A stretch of 60,489 nt of DNA, the filler included. It is 8 parts of 8 records of this genome, joined end to end, with 100 filler letters (N's around TTAATTAATTAA, not from the genome) between each part and the next. Parts side by side here need not be neighbours in the genome. Positions count along the whole stretch, not along the records: positions 6,983 to 12,022 come from SRR31147125_133614; positions 12,123 to 19,165 come from SRR31147125_133777; positions 19,266 to 27,198 come from SRR31147125_133892; 5 more parts are not named here. One strand, written 5' to 3'. Both the position numbers and the translations under genes were made by a program. Below, piece after piece: positions 10,364 to 21,469 of this stretch. Position 1 is the stretch's first letter; every line of letters begins with the position of its first letter. The notes beneath the pieces were generated by a model. That model was not told the origin of the DNA. It saw only the letters and a program-made list of their open reading frames with translations, and ran no database searches.

Positions 10364-11143
10364 CTATACTAGCGGTCTCATTTTGACACCCTTACTGCTG
10401 ACATACTCTTTTATTCCACTACAGGTATAGTCCCCGTAATGCACCATGCTCGCGATAAGAGCCGCATCTGCTTTTCCCTGCCCAAGCACATCTACAATAT
10501 GCTCACAGGTACCGCCTCCACCACTAGCAATAACCGGAATAGAGACAGACTCACTGATCATACGAGTCAGATAAAGCTCATAGCCTTCTTTTGTACCATC
10601 TGCATCAATTGAGTTGAGACAGATCTCACCAGCCCCAAGCTCCTCAGCCTGCTTTGCCCACGCCAGAGCATCAATCCCCATAGGTTTGCGGCCTCCCTGA
10701 ATAACGATTTCATATCCGGAAGGAATCTGCTCTGAGACAGAAACCTTTTTAGCATCCATCCCAAGAACAACACACTGTTTACCAAAAGCTTTTGCACCTT
10801 CTCTGATAATTTCAGGGTTCTTCACCGCCAGCGAATTAACAGAGACCTTCTCCGCTCCAGCCAGCAAAGCTCTGCGCATATCATCAACATTGCGAATTCC
10901 ACCACCGACCGAGAACGGAATAAATATATTCTGAGCAACTTCATTTACCATCTCAATATCAATTGGGCGACCTTCATGAGAAGCAGTAATATCATAAAAG
11001 ACAAGCTCATCGACTCCATCTTCATAATACTGTCTGGCAAGCTCTACCGGATCACCGATATCAACATTACCCTTGAATTTGATACCTTTGGTTACTTTTT
11101 TATCTCTGACATCCAGACATACAATCAGCCGTTTACTAAGCAT
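10364..11143 (-). CDS. hisF: Imidazole glycerol phosphate synthase cyclase subunit
   Basis: [35 protein letters not shown] and PVIASGG motifs. Confidence 0.97.
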   Translation of the reverse strand: MLSKRLIVCLDVRDKKVTKGIKFKGNVDIGDPVELARQYYEDGVDELVFYDITASHEGRPIDIEMVNEVAQNIFIPFSVGGGIRNVDDMRRALLAGAEKVSVNSLAVKNPEIIREGAKAFGKQCVVLGMDAKKVSVSEQIPSGYEIVIQGGRKPMGIDALAWAKQAEELGAGEICLNSIDADGTKEGYELYLTRMISESVSIPVIASGGGGTCEHIVDVLGQGKADAALIASMVHYGDYTCSGIKEYVSSKGVKMRPLV

Positions 11144-11321
11144 TATCCTATTCTTTCATTAATTACATTCTATCAGATAAAAATACATCATAGTCATTAC
11201 AAGGAATCCGTAGACGCCCTGCGCAATTCAATCCCCGAAAACTCAAATCCACAGTCTTCGAGATGACAATCTTTTACAAATAACTGTCGCAAAAACAGAC
11301 AATCATGCCCCAGAAAAATTT

Positions 11322-11936
11322 CTACCACTCTAAAAAGTTCTTGAGCAGCTTGAGCCCGACTTTTCCACTCTTTTCCGGGTGAAACTGAGTCGCCAACAGG
11401 TTATCTCTGGCAACAGCACAGGTAAACACCTTACCTTCATACTCTGTATTAGCAGCAACAATAGAGCTATCTGCCTCTTGTGCATAATATGAATGCACAA
11501 AATAAAATTCTGAATCAGGTGTAAAATCAGCAAATACCGGATGCTCCTGCACAACATTGACAGCATTCCAACCCATGTGTGGGATCTTCACATGCTCACT
11601 CTGAGGAAACTCGAAATGCCCGATATTACCTTTGAATATTCCAAGACAGTCAACACCGCCATCTTCATCACTATGCTCAAACAAGAGTTGCATACCGATA
11701 CAGATAGCCAGAACTTTTTTACCACTGGCAACAACCTCAGCTAAAGCTTTATCCATACCAAAACGGCGCAAATTATCCATACAGCTCGCTGCCGAACCGA
11801 CACCTGGAAATACCACTTTATCTGCCTGCAGAATAACCTCAGGATCCTGAGTGACCACACACTCAGCCCCGACATGCCTGAGCGCATACTCCACACTCGT
11901 CAGGTTACCTGCTTCATAATCTATAATTCCAATCAC
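11322..11936 (-). CDS. hisH: Imidazole glycerol phosphate synthase glutaminase subunit
   Basis: IIDYEAGNL, PGVG, ICIGMQ, PHMGWN, YFVHSY and QFHPEKS motifs. Confidence 0.97.
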   Translation of the reverse strand: MIGIIDYEAGNLTSVEYALRHVGAECVVTQDPEVILQADKVVFPGVGSAASCMDNLRRFGMDKALAEVVASGKKVLAICIGMQLLFEHSDEDGGVDCLGIFKGNIGHFEFPQSEHVKIPHMGWNAVNVVQEHPVFADFTPDSEFYFVHSYYAQEADSSIVAANTEYEGKVFTCAVARDNLLATQFHPEKSGKVGLKLLKNFLEW

Positions 11937-12022
11937 GCTTTCCTACTCCTTTGCCCATGAATAGGCTCTGAGTTCCATACTAAAACCTTTACAGACAATC
12001 TTCACTATTGAAAAAGGCACTT

Positions 12023-12122
12023 NNNNNNNNNNNNNNNNNNNNNNNNNNNNNNNNNNNNNNNNNNNNTTAATTAATTAANNNNNNNNNNNNNNNNNNNNNN
12101 NNNNNNNNNNNNNNNNNNNNNN
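12023..12122. other. Artificial contig spacer
   Basis: 44 N + TTAATTAATTAA + 44 N. Confidence 0.99.
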
Positions 12123-12221
12123 CCGGACATCATGATAGATGGTCTCGGCAAAAGGTTTACTGTGGCAGGCAACCTAATCAATAGCGATAATGTGGCCGAC
12201 GAGGTGAGGCTCTTTTCGTGA

Positions 12222-12725
12222 GTGGAAAAAGCGATGCTGCGACGATTTCTTTATGAATCTCTGTTGTTGGTCGTAATTGCGGCGGCTCTTGCCGGAGGCA
12301 GTTATTTACTGCGCCCAGGGGCGTTGCCGCTCATCGCCCCTTCGGATGCACCAGCCCCCGATACAAGCGATGACAAACTGTACAAGGCCATCTCCTTCGA
12401 GCGGGCCAAAGAGATGTTCGTTGCAAAAGAGGCGCTTTTTGCGGATGCACGTCCCCTAATCGCCTATGAGGAGGGCCATATTGAAGGTGCCGTCCATCTG
12501 GATCCCTACGCTTTCGATGAGTGGGCCGATACCTTGATCACCGCTATGGGGCCGGATCAGCCCATCATCGCCTACTGTGACGGGCCGCACTGTACGCTCT
12601 CCCACGAATTGGCCGAAAAGCTGACCTGGCTTGGATTTGAACGGGTCTACTATCTGATGGATGGATGGGCTCAGTGGAAAGCCAACGATCTTCCCACCGA
12701 AAAATCGCCGGTGACGTCATATTAA
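12222..12725 (+). CDS. Membrane-anchored rhodanese-like domain protein
   Basis: N-terminal hydrophobic helix; DAR...YEEGHIEGA, active-site loop YCDGPHC, and DGWAQW. Confidence 0.85.
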   Translation: MEKAMLRRFLYESLLLVVIAAALAGGSYLLRPGALPLIAPSDAPAPDTSDDKLYKAISFERAKEMFVAKEALFADARPLIAYEEGHIEGAVHLDPYAFDEWADTLITAMGPDQPIIAYCDGPHCTLSHELAEKLTWLGFERVYYLMDGWAQWKANDLPTEKSPVTSY

Positions 12726-12732
12726 TATGCTA

Positions 12733-13344
12733 TCAATGGCCCAGCGCCATCATCCGATATACCGGTAGGCTCCCCAGCCAGGCGGCGTCTTCGGGGGAGA
12801 GGTAGTCGCCTACCGAGGCATCGAAGAGCACATTGGCCTCGGCCGGAAACTCGTCGTCCCCTTCCCAAAGGATGACTTGAATGGGCGCGTAGGGCAGCAC
12901 ATCGAGCTGAAAAGCCGCTTCGCCGGTATCCAGGGGAGTGGCGTTGAGTTTGGCGGCCGCCCGTTTCAAGCCCGCCACATTCTGGCCGAAAACCTTTTTG
13001 AGAGGATCGATGGCGCGCTTCACAAAGGCGCCGTAATAGAACCCGGCACCGGGAATCTCGCGGTAGGCCACCCACTGGCCGGTCAGCCGTGGTTGACACC
13101 CCAACAGGTAGTGCAGCAGCAGGACCTGCTCCTGCAGAGGTACTTCCGCCGAGGCATCGGATGCATCACTGAAGGCAAAGTCAGGATAGGAGATGGTATA
13201 GACGCGATCGAGAAACGGGGCGCGCAGATGCGTCTCCCCTTCGGTCTCAAACCCTGAGCGTCGGCTGATTTCGTTTATCTCCTGCTTGGCCAGCTCTTCC
13301 GCGGCCAAATCGCGTGCTTGCTGAAAATCGTCGATGCGTGCCAT
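12733..13344 (-). CDS. DUF3786 family protein
   Basis: QVLLLHYL, WVAYREIPGAGFY and LWEGDDEFPAEANVLFD...LSPED pattern. Confidence 0.82.
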   Translation of the reverse strand: MARIDDFQQARDLAAEELAKQEINEISRRSGFETEGETHLRAPFLDRVYTISYPDFAFSDASDASAEVPLQEQVLLLHYLLGCQPRLTGQWVAYREIPGAGFYYGAFVKRAIDPLKKVFGQNVAGLKRAAAKLNATPLDTGEAAFQLDVLPYAPIQVILWEGDDEFPAEANVLFDASVGDYLSPEDAAWLGSLPVYRMMALGH

Positions 13345-13462
13345 TGGTCTGCAACTCCTCTTCTGGTTTTTGGGGATGGCTTGTAACGTGTTTTGCAGAT
13401 TAAATCAATTGACGCATGGTGTCCTAAGCGCATAGAAAAGAGGCCCAATCAAAGGAGTTCAA

Positions 13463-14332
13463 ATGGAGAACGCGAGGTCCATCAGTACCAGTACCCAATT
13501 CTGTATGGTGATCGGCAACCCCATCGCCCACAGCCTCTCCCCGGCGATCCACAACGCCGCCTATCAGGCATTGGGGCTCGATTTCGTATATGTGGCCTGC
13601 CGGGTCGAGGATGTAAAGAGCGCCTTGGCCGGTATGCGGGCGTTGAGCAATTTCAGAGGGATGAGTATCACGATTCCACACAAGATCGACGCCATGCGAT
13701 ACGTGGACGAGATCAGGGAGGTGGACCGGGCCATTGGCTCAATCAATACGGTCGTCCATGAAGGGGATCGCTTGATCGGCATGGGCACGGACGGCCCGGG
13801 TGCCCTCAAGGCCTTGACCGATGCCGGGGTCCAACTGGATGGGAAACAGATCTTGATGCTCGGTGCCGGCGGTGCGGCGCGCATGATCGCTTTTACCCTG
13901 GTCCGCGATGCGAAGCCGGAACGGCTATCGATTCTCGACATCAATGCCGAGCTGCTTTCCGGCCTCGCTGCAGACCTGAAGGTTGCTGCCGAAATGCCGA
14001 TTCATGCCGCCGCTTTAACAGAGGACACCTTGGCCGTGGCAATGGCTGAGGCAGACGTCATCATCCACTGCACCTCGGTGGGCATGCACCCCAATACGGA
14101 GGCCTCACTGGTGCCCGCAGACCTTTTCCGCCCCGGACAGGCGGTGTTCGATATCGTCTATACACCTTTGGAGACCCGACTGCTGGCCGATGCCAAGCGT
14201 CGCGGCCTTCAGACCGTCTCCGGCGTCGAAATGTTCGTCAACCAGGCGGTGCTGCAGTTTGAGCAGTTTACCGCAACGGCCGCCCCGGTGGAGGTGATGC
14301 GGCAGGTGGTCATGGAGCATTTGCAGAAATGA
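13463..14332 (+). CDS. aroE: Shikimate dehydrogenase
   Basis: GNPIAHSLSP, SITIPHK, INTV, TDGPG, GAGGAA, DIVYTP and GVEMFVNQA motifs. Confidence 0.95.
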   Translation: MENARSISTSTQFCMVIGNPIAHSLSPAIHNAAYQALGLDFVYVACRVEDVKSALAGMRALSNFRGMSITIPHKIDAMRYVDEIREVDRAIGSINTVVHEGDRLIGMGTDGPGALKALTDAGVQLDGKQILMLGAGGAARMIAFTLVRDAKPERLSILDINAELLSGLAADLKVAAEMPIHAAALTEDTLAVAMAEADVIIHCTSVGMHPNTEASLVPADLFRPGQAVFDIVYTPLETRLLADAKRRGLQTVSGVEMFVNQAVLQFEQFTATAAPVEVMRQVVMEHLQK

Positions 14333-14832
14333 ATATCGTACTGATCGGATATCGTGGAACCGGTAAAAGCGTCGTCGGGGCTGAACTGGCAGAACGCCTG
14401 GGCATGGATTGCGTATCGATGGACGCTCGCATCGTTGAGAAAGCCGGTATAAAAATTCCTGAAATTGTGGAAAAATACGGCTGGCCGACCTTTCGGGATA
14501 TGGAGACCGATGTGGCAGTCGAACTGGCCGGGCGTGAGCGTCTTGTCATTGATACCGGTGGCGGCGTGATCGAGCGTGACGAGAACATGGCTGCGCTCGG
14601 AAAAGGCGCTTGTGTGGTGTGGCTCAAAGCGTCGGTCGATACGATCGTTGAACGGATCGCCGACGGCACCGAGCGACCGGCCTTGTCCAGTGGGAAGAGT
14701 TTTACCGATGAGGTGGCAGAGGTGTTGGCACGTCGCATTCCCAAATACGAAGCCGCTGCCCACCATGAAATTGAAACCGACCGCCTTACCATCAATCAGA
14801 TCGCCACCCGTATCATCGAAATATATCATTAA
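14329..14832 (+). CDS. aroK: Shikimate kinase
   Basis: P-loop GYRGTGKS, FRDME, TGGG and RP lid. ATGA overlap with aroE. Confidence 0.93.
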   Translation: MNIVLIGYRGTGKSVVGAELAERLGMDCVSMDARIVEKAGIKIPEIVEKYGWPTFRDMETDVAVELAGRERLVIDTGGGVIERDENMAALGKGACVVWLKASVDTIVERIADGTERPALSSGKSFTDEVAEVLARRIPKYEAAAHHEIETDRLTINQIATRIIEIYH

Positions 14833-15014
14833 TATAGCCCCCATCCGCAATATTTTCTACATGATGCCGGACAGCTCTATCCCTCCATTATCATATCAAA
14901 TCAACTGCGCTTAGCAGAGCTTTGACCATTTGTATTCCGGTGTTGCTGCGCTTTCCGAGTTGTTTTCATTGACTCTTAAAAGCTTATAGGTTAAAAGTTT
15001 TTTCCTCAAAAGTT

Positions 15015-15043
15015 TTGAACACGAAACATTTGTGTACTATAAT
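15015..15043 (+). promoter_or_regulatory. Sigma70 promoter of the MarR-proVWX operon with an overlapping EctR-like operator
   Basis: TTGAAC-N17-TATAAT. The pseudo-palindrome ACATTTGT-GT-ACTATAAT (15026-15043) overlaps the -10. Confidence 0.65.
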
Positions 15044-15145
15044 AGGGGATCGTCAATTAAGGGAACGTCGCGAAAAATTGAACATCAAATGCACCGATTC
15101 ACTGCACGCTGGTAAACGTTGCCGACCGATAGAACGGGAGGAGCT

Positions 15146-15643
15146 ATGACAACTGATTACGCCGGTAGTATTTTGTTGTCATTACGGAGAATTATAAGAT
15201 CCATTGACCAGCACAACAAGCAGCTCGGCCGGCGATATGAACTGACCGTGCCGCAACTGGTATGCCTGCGGCAAATGCTCGTCGATGGTGAAATGACACC
15301 CGGGCAGCTGGCGAAGTCGGTCTATTTGAGCCAGGCCACGGTGACCGGCATTATTGATCGACTCGCCGATAAAGGCTTGGTCAGCCGTGAGCGAAGTACC
15401 CAGGATCGCAGGAAAATCCTGGTTCAGCTAACAGAGCGTGGCATTCAGATGGCCAACGATATGCCCTGGCCGCTTCAGGAACGTTTTTCAGAGAGTTTGG
15501 CGGATCTGAAGGAGGAGGATATCGAACAGATCGACAGCATGCTCAAGCGGGTGGTGGAGATGATGGAAGCACCACCGCTGCCGGTCTGGGCGTTCGGTCC
15601 CAGCGAGTCTGTAGCCCCGGATGAAATTAATGCACCGGAATAG
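15146..15643 (+). CDS. MarR family regulator, CosR/EctR-like (compatible-solute regulator)
   Basis: LRRIIRSIDQHNKQL...LTVPQL...LSQATVTGIIDRL...RSTQDRR resembles CosR/EctR. ATG 15146 follows GGAGGAG; the gene is directly upstream of proV. Confidence 0.85.
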   Translation: MTTDYAGSILLSLRRIIRSIDQHNKQLGRRYELTVPQLVCLRQMLVDGEMTPGQLAKSVYLSQATVTGIIDRLADKGLVSRERSTQDRRKILVQLTERGIQMANDMPWPLQERFSESLADLKEEDIEQIDSMLKRVVEMMEAPPLPVWAFGPSESVAPDEINAPE

Positions 15644-15656
15644 ATGGAGAGATTGA

Positions 15657-16901
15657 ATGGAAGTCGATGACAAAATTGTTGTACGAGATCTTTACAAAAT
15701 TTTTGGCCCCAATCCCAAACAGGCCATGGATATGCTTTCCCAAGGGCTTGAAAAAGCGGAGATATTCGAGAAGACTGGATTGACCGTAGGCGTCAACAAC
15801 GCCAGTTTCGAGGTCAAGGCAGGGGAGATTTTTGTGGTGATGGGGCTGTCCGGATCGGGCAAATCGACCATTGTGCGTATGCTCAATCGGTTGATCGAAC
15901 CGACTGCCGGGCAGGTGATCGTTGATGGAAAAGACGTGGTCAAGATGCAGCATGACGAATTGGTCAAGTTCCGCCTGCACAGCATGAGCATGGTTTTTCA
16001 GTCGTTTGCCCTGATGCCCCATCTGACCGTCTTGGAGAATGCCGCCTTCGGACTGGATCTGGCCGGCTTCGACAAGGAGAAACAGCGCAAGCGAGCCGCG
16101 GAAGCCCTGGCCCAGGTTGGGCTGGAGGGGTGGGAGGACTCATTCCCGGCGCAGCTGAGCGGCGGAATGCAGCAGCGGGTTGGACTGGCCCGCGGGCTGG
16201 CGGTCGATCCTGACATACTGTTGATGGACGAAGCGTTTTCCGCCCTCGATCCGCTGATTCGAACCGAGATGCAGGACGAACTGCTCAAACTGCAGGAGCA
16301 GGACCAGCGGACCATCGTTTTCATCTCCCACGACCTGGATGAAGCGCTGCGCATCGGCGACCGCATTGCCATCATGGAGGGTGGCCGTGTGGTTCAGGTC
16401 GGTACGCCCGAAGAGATTCTTCAGAATCCGGCCGATGACTATGTACGCGCCTTTTTCCGCGGCGTCGATCCAACCAATGTGATCTCCGCCGGCGACATCG
16501 TGCGGGATACCCACCCCACCATCATCAAGACAAAGGTGGGCAGCTTGCGCGCCGCCCATGAACTGTTGAGCAGCAGCGAGCGCGATCACGGCTACGTGTT
16601 GGATGCCAAGCACCGCTTACTGGGCGTTATCTCTTCCGATTCGTTGCGCGCGGCGATTGAGTCCAGTGTCAAGGACAGTCCCATCGACCAGGCCTATATC
16701 GAGAGCGCAACACCCGTTCGTGTCGATGAGTCGATGCAGGATATCTTGCCGGATGTGGCTTCTCACTCCTGGCCGGTGCCGGTGGTGGACGAGAACAATG
16801 TGTACAAAGGGGTGGTTTCAAAGAACCGTTTTCTAAAAACGCTGCACCGAACCGAAGAGCATATGGAAGAACAGCAGGAAAATGAAGAGAGCGCAGCATA
16901 A
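15657..16901 (+). CDS. proV: Glycine betaine/proline ABC transporter ATP-binding subunit with CBS domains
   Basis: GLSGSGKS, LSGGMQQRVGLAR and LLMDEAFSALDP motifs, plus a C-terminal CBS pair. Confidence 0.96.
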   Translation: MEVDDKIVVRDLYKIFGPNPKQAMDMLSQGLEKAEIFEKTGLTVGVNNASFEVKAGEIFVVMGLSGSGKSTIVRMLNRLIEPTAGQVIVDGKDVVKMQHDELVKFRLHSMSMVFQSFALMPHLTVLENAAFGLDLAGFDKEKQRKRAAEALAQVGLEGWEDSFPAQLSGGMQQRVGLARGLAVDPDILLMDEAFSALDPLIRTEMQDELLKLQEQDQRTIVFISHDLDEALRIGDRIAIMEGGRVVQVGTPEEILQNPADDYVRAFFRGVDPTNVISAGDIVRDTHPTIIKTKVGSLRAAHELLSSSERDHGYVLDAKHRLLGVISSDSLRAAIESSVKDSPIDQAYIESATPVRVDESMQDILPDVASHSWPVPVVDENNVYKGVVSKNRFLKTLHRTEEHMEEQQENEESAA

Positions 16902-16934
16902 CATGGATCAATATTACAACCGCGGGAGCAACCA

Positions 16935-17765
16935 ATGTTTGAAGACAAAATAATTCCCCTGGATGAGTGGGTCTCCCAGTTCGTAGAGTGGCTGGTGGAT
17001 AATTATCGCCACATTTTCCAGGTCATCAAATGGCCCATCGAGCAGACCCTCAATGGATTCGATACGGGTCTGAATGCAATGCCGCCCCTTCTCGTCATCG
17101 CGCTGATCGCTTTTGCCGCCTGGCGTTTTTCGGGAGTGATGCTGGCAATATTTTCCGTCTTTACAATGGTTCTTATCGGCATGCTCGGTCTCTGGGAGGA
17201 CTCCATGACCACGCTGGCCATGGTGCTGTCGGCGGTCATCTTTTGCGCCCTTGCCGGTATTCCGCTGGGCATCATTGCGGGGCGCAACGACCGCTTTGAA
17301 GCCTTCATGCGGCCGGCCCTGGACGCCATGCAGACCACACCGGCATTTGTCTACCTCGTACCCATCGTCATGCTCTTCTCAGTGGGCAATGTCGCCGGCG
17401 TTCTGGCTACCATCATATTTGCCATCCCGCCGATCATCCGGCTGACCAGCCTGGGTATCCGCCAGGTCCATCCGGAACTGGTGGAGGCGGCCCAGGCCTT
17501 TGGCGCCACCAACTGGCAAGTACTTCGACGGGTACAGGTGCCGCTGGCCATGCCGACCATTTTGGCCGGGTTGAACCAAACCATCATGATGGCGCTTTCC
17601 ATGGTGGTCATCGCCGCCTTGATCGGTGCCGGCGGCCTGGGATCCCCGGTGATTCTCGGGTTGAATACCCTGGATATCGGACGGGCCGTCATTGGTGGCC
17701 TTTCGATCGTGTTGATGGCGATCGTGCTCGATCGGATTACCCAATCCATGGCGAAAAAGGGATAG
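16935..17765 (+). CDS. proW: Glycine betaine/proline ABC transporter permease
   Basis: LDAMQTTPAFVYL, EAA loop and GLNQTIMMALSMVV motifs. Confidence 0.95.
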   Translation: MFEDKIIPLDEWVSQFVEWLVDNYRHIFQVIKWPIEQTLNGFDTGLNAMPPLLVIALIAFAAWRFSGVMLAIFSVFTMVLIGMLGLWEDSMTTLAMVLSAVIFCALAGIPLGIIAGRNDRFEAFMRPALDAMQTTPAFVYLVPIVMLFSVGNVAGVLATIIFAIPPIIRLTSLGIRQVHPELVEAAQAFGATNWQVLRRVQVPLAMPTILAGLNQTIMMALSMVVIAALIGAGGLGSPVILGLNTLDIGRAVIGGLSIVLMAIVLDRITQSMAKKG

Positions 17766-17898
17766 GCCGTCAATCGTTGAATTCGGCAAGCTTATCGCCA
17801 TGTGGCTATAGGGAAGTGATGCCGGACAACGGCGGGCTGCTGCTGCCCGTGCGAGATCTAACCGGCTTTTTCTTAACGTAAATGTAGAAGGAGGGTGT

Positions 17899-18938
17899 AT
17901 GCGGAACATAGTGAAAGCTCTAACTGGATTGATGGTCGGCGCTGCTTTGGTTGTCTCACCGGTACCGACCCTGGCCAAGAACATGAAACCGGGCAAGGGC
18001 GTTACAGTACAGCCGGCGCGTGCCACGTGGAATACCGGCTTCTTCCAGGAAGCGCTCGTGCGGCGCGGATTGGAGGAGTTAGGTTTCAAAGTCAAACGTC
18101 CCAAGGATTTGCAAAATCCCATTTTCTACAAATCGGTAGCTCTTGGCGATGTGGATTATTGGACCAATGGGTGGTTCCCCAACCACGACAGCCAGCTTCC
18201 AAAGAACTTCTACGACAAGGCCGGCAAGTATGGTTACGTGGCCAAAGCCGGTGGCTTGCAGGGATATCTTGTCTCCAAAAAAGAAGTAGATAAGTTCAAT
18301 ATCAAGTCCCTGGACGATTTTAAACGGCCCGAGGTGAAAAAAGCCTTCGATGCCAATGGGGACGGCAAAGCCGACCTGACCGCCTGTCCTCCGGGCTGGG
18401 GCTGCGAAAACGTCATCGCCCACCACATGAAGGTCTACGACCTGGACGCCCACATCAATCCGGTCAAGGCCTCTTACGAGGCGGGCATGGCGTCCGCATT
18501 GGGTAACTATAAAAACGGCGGGCCGGTCTTTTTCTACACTTGGGCTCCCAACTGGACCATTTTCAAATTCAAACCGGGTGAAGATGTGATGTGGATCAAC
18601 GTGCCCAAGATCATCCCCAAAGAGTCCCAGAAGAGCGCAGTAGACCGCATGACGGTTTCCGGCATCGAAGGGGCGGTTACGGACCCTGTCAAACTCGGAT
18701 TTGTGGTCTCCGATATCCAGATTGTGGCCAACAAGAAGTTCGCCGAAAGCAATCCGGCCGCCAAGAAGTTTTTGAGGTTTTCACCCTGCCGCTGCTCGAT
18801 ATCAATGAGCAGAACACCCGCATGAACGAGGGTGAAAAATCCCAGAAAGACATCGAAAAGCATGTGGATGAGTGGATTGCCAAGAACCAGGCCAAATGGA
18901 ACGGTTGGTTGGAAGCAGCTCGCGCCGCAGCAAAATAG
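17899..18938 (+). CDS. proX: Glycine betaine/proline ABC transporter substrate-binding protein (frameshift in the T5 run at 18769-18773, likely sequencing error)
   Basis: Signal peptide; DANGDGKADLTACPPGWGC and FYTWAPNW. One added T gives KKFFEVFTLPLLDINEQN and continues into ORF 18591-18938. Confidence 0.92.
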
Positions 18939-18957
18939 TATTTTTTTAAATACACAC

Positions 18958-18993
18958 AATAAAAAGACCGCAGACATCTGCGGTCTTTTTATT
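18958..18993. terminator. Bidirectional intrinsic terminator after proX
   Basis: Perfect inverted repeat AATAAAAAGACCGCAGA-CA-TCTGCGGTCTTTTTATT. Confidence 0.88.
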
Positions 18994-19165
18994 TCCGATG
19001 CTAAGTTCCTTCCTATCGTATCACGGGGCCTTTCATGAGATCTTTTACCCGCTTATGGCTTTATTTGGTCGTATAAGGAGATCTGCGCCCTTTGTGCCTT
19101 CTTGACTGTGTGAATTTCTTTATGCCACGCTCTGCTACTCCTTTTTATGCGGAATACAAACCCCC

Positions 19166-19265
19166 NNNNNNNNNNNNNNNNNNNNNNNNNNNNNNNNNNN
19201 NNNNNNNNNTTAATTAATTAANNNNNNNNNNNNNNNNNNNNNNNNNNNNNNNNNNNNNNNNNNNN
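19166..19265. other. Artificial contig spacer
   Basis: 44 N + TTAATTAATTAA + 44 N. Confidence 0.99.
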
Positions 19266-21071
19266 CCAGCGCAAATGAAAATTGGTGGCTTCAAAATCAA
19301 AGCTGATCCCCATCACGACCCCCATGCGCTCACGGGGCTGGCGTAACGGCAACCCCGCATCGGCCAGGGCGCCGGCCCCAACCTTGAGGGCCAGCAGTTG
19401 CTGAGGCAGGATATCGGCAATTTCATTTGGCGGTATCTGGAATTCCCCGATTCCCAAGGAGAGATTCCCCATATAGGCGCCATGGGGGTCCGATGATCCG
19501 AGCGCGGCCTTGATCACGCCGTCCGCGCCTTTCCAGCGCCCCTTGGGGCGAACGCTCAAGGCACTGTCGCCATTGAGCACGGCGCCGGTAAAGGCGGCCA
19601 GGTTGTTCAGCGCGCCGGTGCATACATCCATCCCCACGATGGCCACAGGTTCCAGGATGGATGACTTGTCATCATCCTGAACCGTGATCGAACCAGGGGG
19701 GTGCCGGTTCATGCGGTGGGGGGGCAGGCCTGTCTTCAAAAAGGATATGGGCATTGATGCCGCCGAACCCAAACGCGCTTACGGCTGCCCGCCGACCGTA
19801 ACCCCCGGCCGTGGGTTCCCATGCTGCGGGCGCTGCTTGTACCCTGAATGGGCTTTCGTCGAGAGGGCTGCCGGATGGCGCAGCCTTGAAATTGATGGAT
19901 GGCGGCAGGATACGGTGATGCATGGCCAGAAGCGTTTTGATCATACCGGCGGCACCGGCCGCGGTGAGCAGATGGCCGATCATGGACTTCACCGACCCGA
20001 TGGCACAGACGGACGAGGCTTCAGGTTCGTCTTGCCATAGATCGATCAGGCTTTCGATCTCGGTGGTGTCACCGGCTTTGGTCCCGGTGCCGTGACATTC
20101 GATCAACTGGACATCCGACGGCCGCCAGCCAGCCGTATGGTAGGCCTGTCGCATGGCCCTGACCTGACCGCCGCGCTCCGGGGCCAGAAGGTTGCCGCGC
20201 ATGTCGTTAGACAGGCCAATACCGTGGATGACACCGTAAATGGTGTCCCCATGGGACAGGGCGTCGTCCAGGCGTTTTAACACTAAAATCCCCACGCCTT
20301 CACCGACCACCAGACCATCCGCATGTCGATCGAAGGGAGCGCAACGGCCGGAAGGGAGAGGGCCTGTAACTGGCTGAAGCCGGTCTGGGTATAGAGGCAT
20401 TCAGGGCGGGATACGCCACCGGTGACTACCATATCTGCGCGAAAGTCGATCAACGCGTCGCAGGCCAATTTAACGGCATAGATCGATGATGCGCAGGCCG
20501 CATCGAGGGTGAAACTATTACCGCCAAATCCCATTTCGGCAGCCAACAGCGTGGCGGGCAGGCCGTCCACCCGGCTGGCCAGAGCGTCGATACGGGTCAG
20601 CGCCGCAGCCGTTGTCTTGCCCGCTGGAGACAATCGTGATGCAATGGCGCTGGATAAAAGATGGCGTGAAAATCGGGACGCGCTGTCCGTGGGCAGGGCG
20701 ATGGCGGCCAGGATGGTATCCACGCGGTGCCGGTCGATGGGTGCGCTTACGCAGCTTTCAACAGCCCTTTTTCCGGCGGTGAGGGTCAACTGATGCACCG
20801 GATCCAGATGGCGGGTGAGCGTGGGATCCAGCACGAAAGACGTGGGATCAAAGGTAAAATCATCAATCAGGCAGGCATGCCGGGAGTAGGGACGGTCAGG
20901 CGTCAAGGGGGTCCTGAGCCGATCCTTGACCGGTGCAATCCAACGGTTTTCAGGCACCGGTGCGGATTGGTCGACGCCGTTTAAGATATTATCCCAAAAC
21001 GCGGCCAGATTAGGCGCGCCAGGGAAGATCCCGTCCATGCCGACGACGGCAATCAAGGGCTTTGGATTCAT
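19266..21071 (-). CDS. Pfa-like (PUFA-synthase-type) KS-CLF multidomain protein, N-terminal part; two frameshifts; truncated at contig end
   Basis: KS triad DAACASS, ECHGTGT and IGHLL; SAFGFGG. A second KS-like (CLF) domain follows: EPVAIVGM...PKGRWKG...FQIPPNE...LPQQLL. Frameshifts at about 20355 and in the G runs at 19696-19724. Confidence 0.85.
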
Positions 21072-21371
21072 ATGCGCGGAAGTATCGTTTTACAAAAGGA
21101 CCCACGATGGGCCTTGATACGGGTTAATGGATAACATAGGGCGCTTAATGTATTTTCGGATGATGGACGGGTGAATAACCCGACAATCGTTTTAAAAACA
21201 CCAACATACCTGCTTGGTGCAAGGAACGCAATGGTCAATGCAGATTTATTCCCAAACTGAGCGATTCAAAAATATACGGTCTCAGATGGCTTGCCGCATC
21301 GATGGCTATGGCGCAACACCATCCTCCTGGTATCTGTTTCTGGACGGACAATTGTTCAATGGGGAATTGCT

Positions 21372-21401
21372 TTGACACCGACGCCCACCTGCCGGTATTG
21401 T
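21372..21401 (+). promoter_or_regulatory. Putative sigma70 promoter of the USP gene
   Basis: TTGACA-N18-TATTGT, about 70 nt upstream of the AGGAGG-preceded ATG. Confidence 0.5.
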
Positions 21402-21469
21402 TTATCCATGAATAGATAGCCGGCTTTCAAAGCGTCGAGACTGTTTAACCATCAACCAGGAGGTAAACC

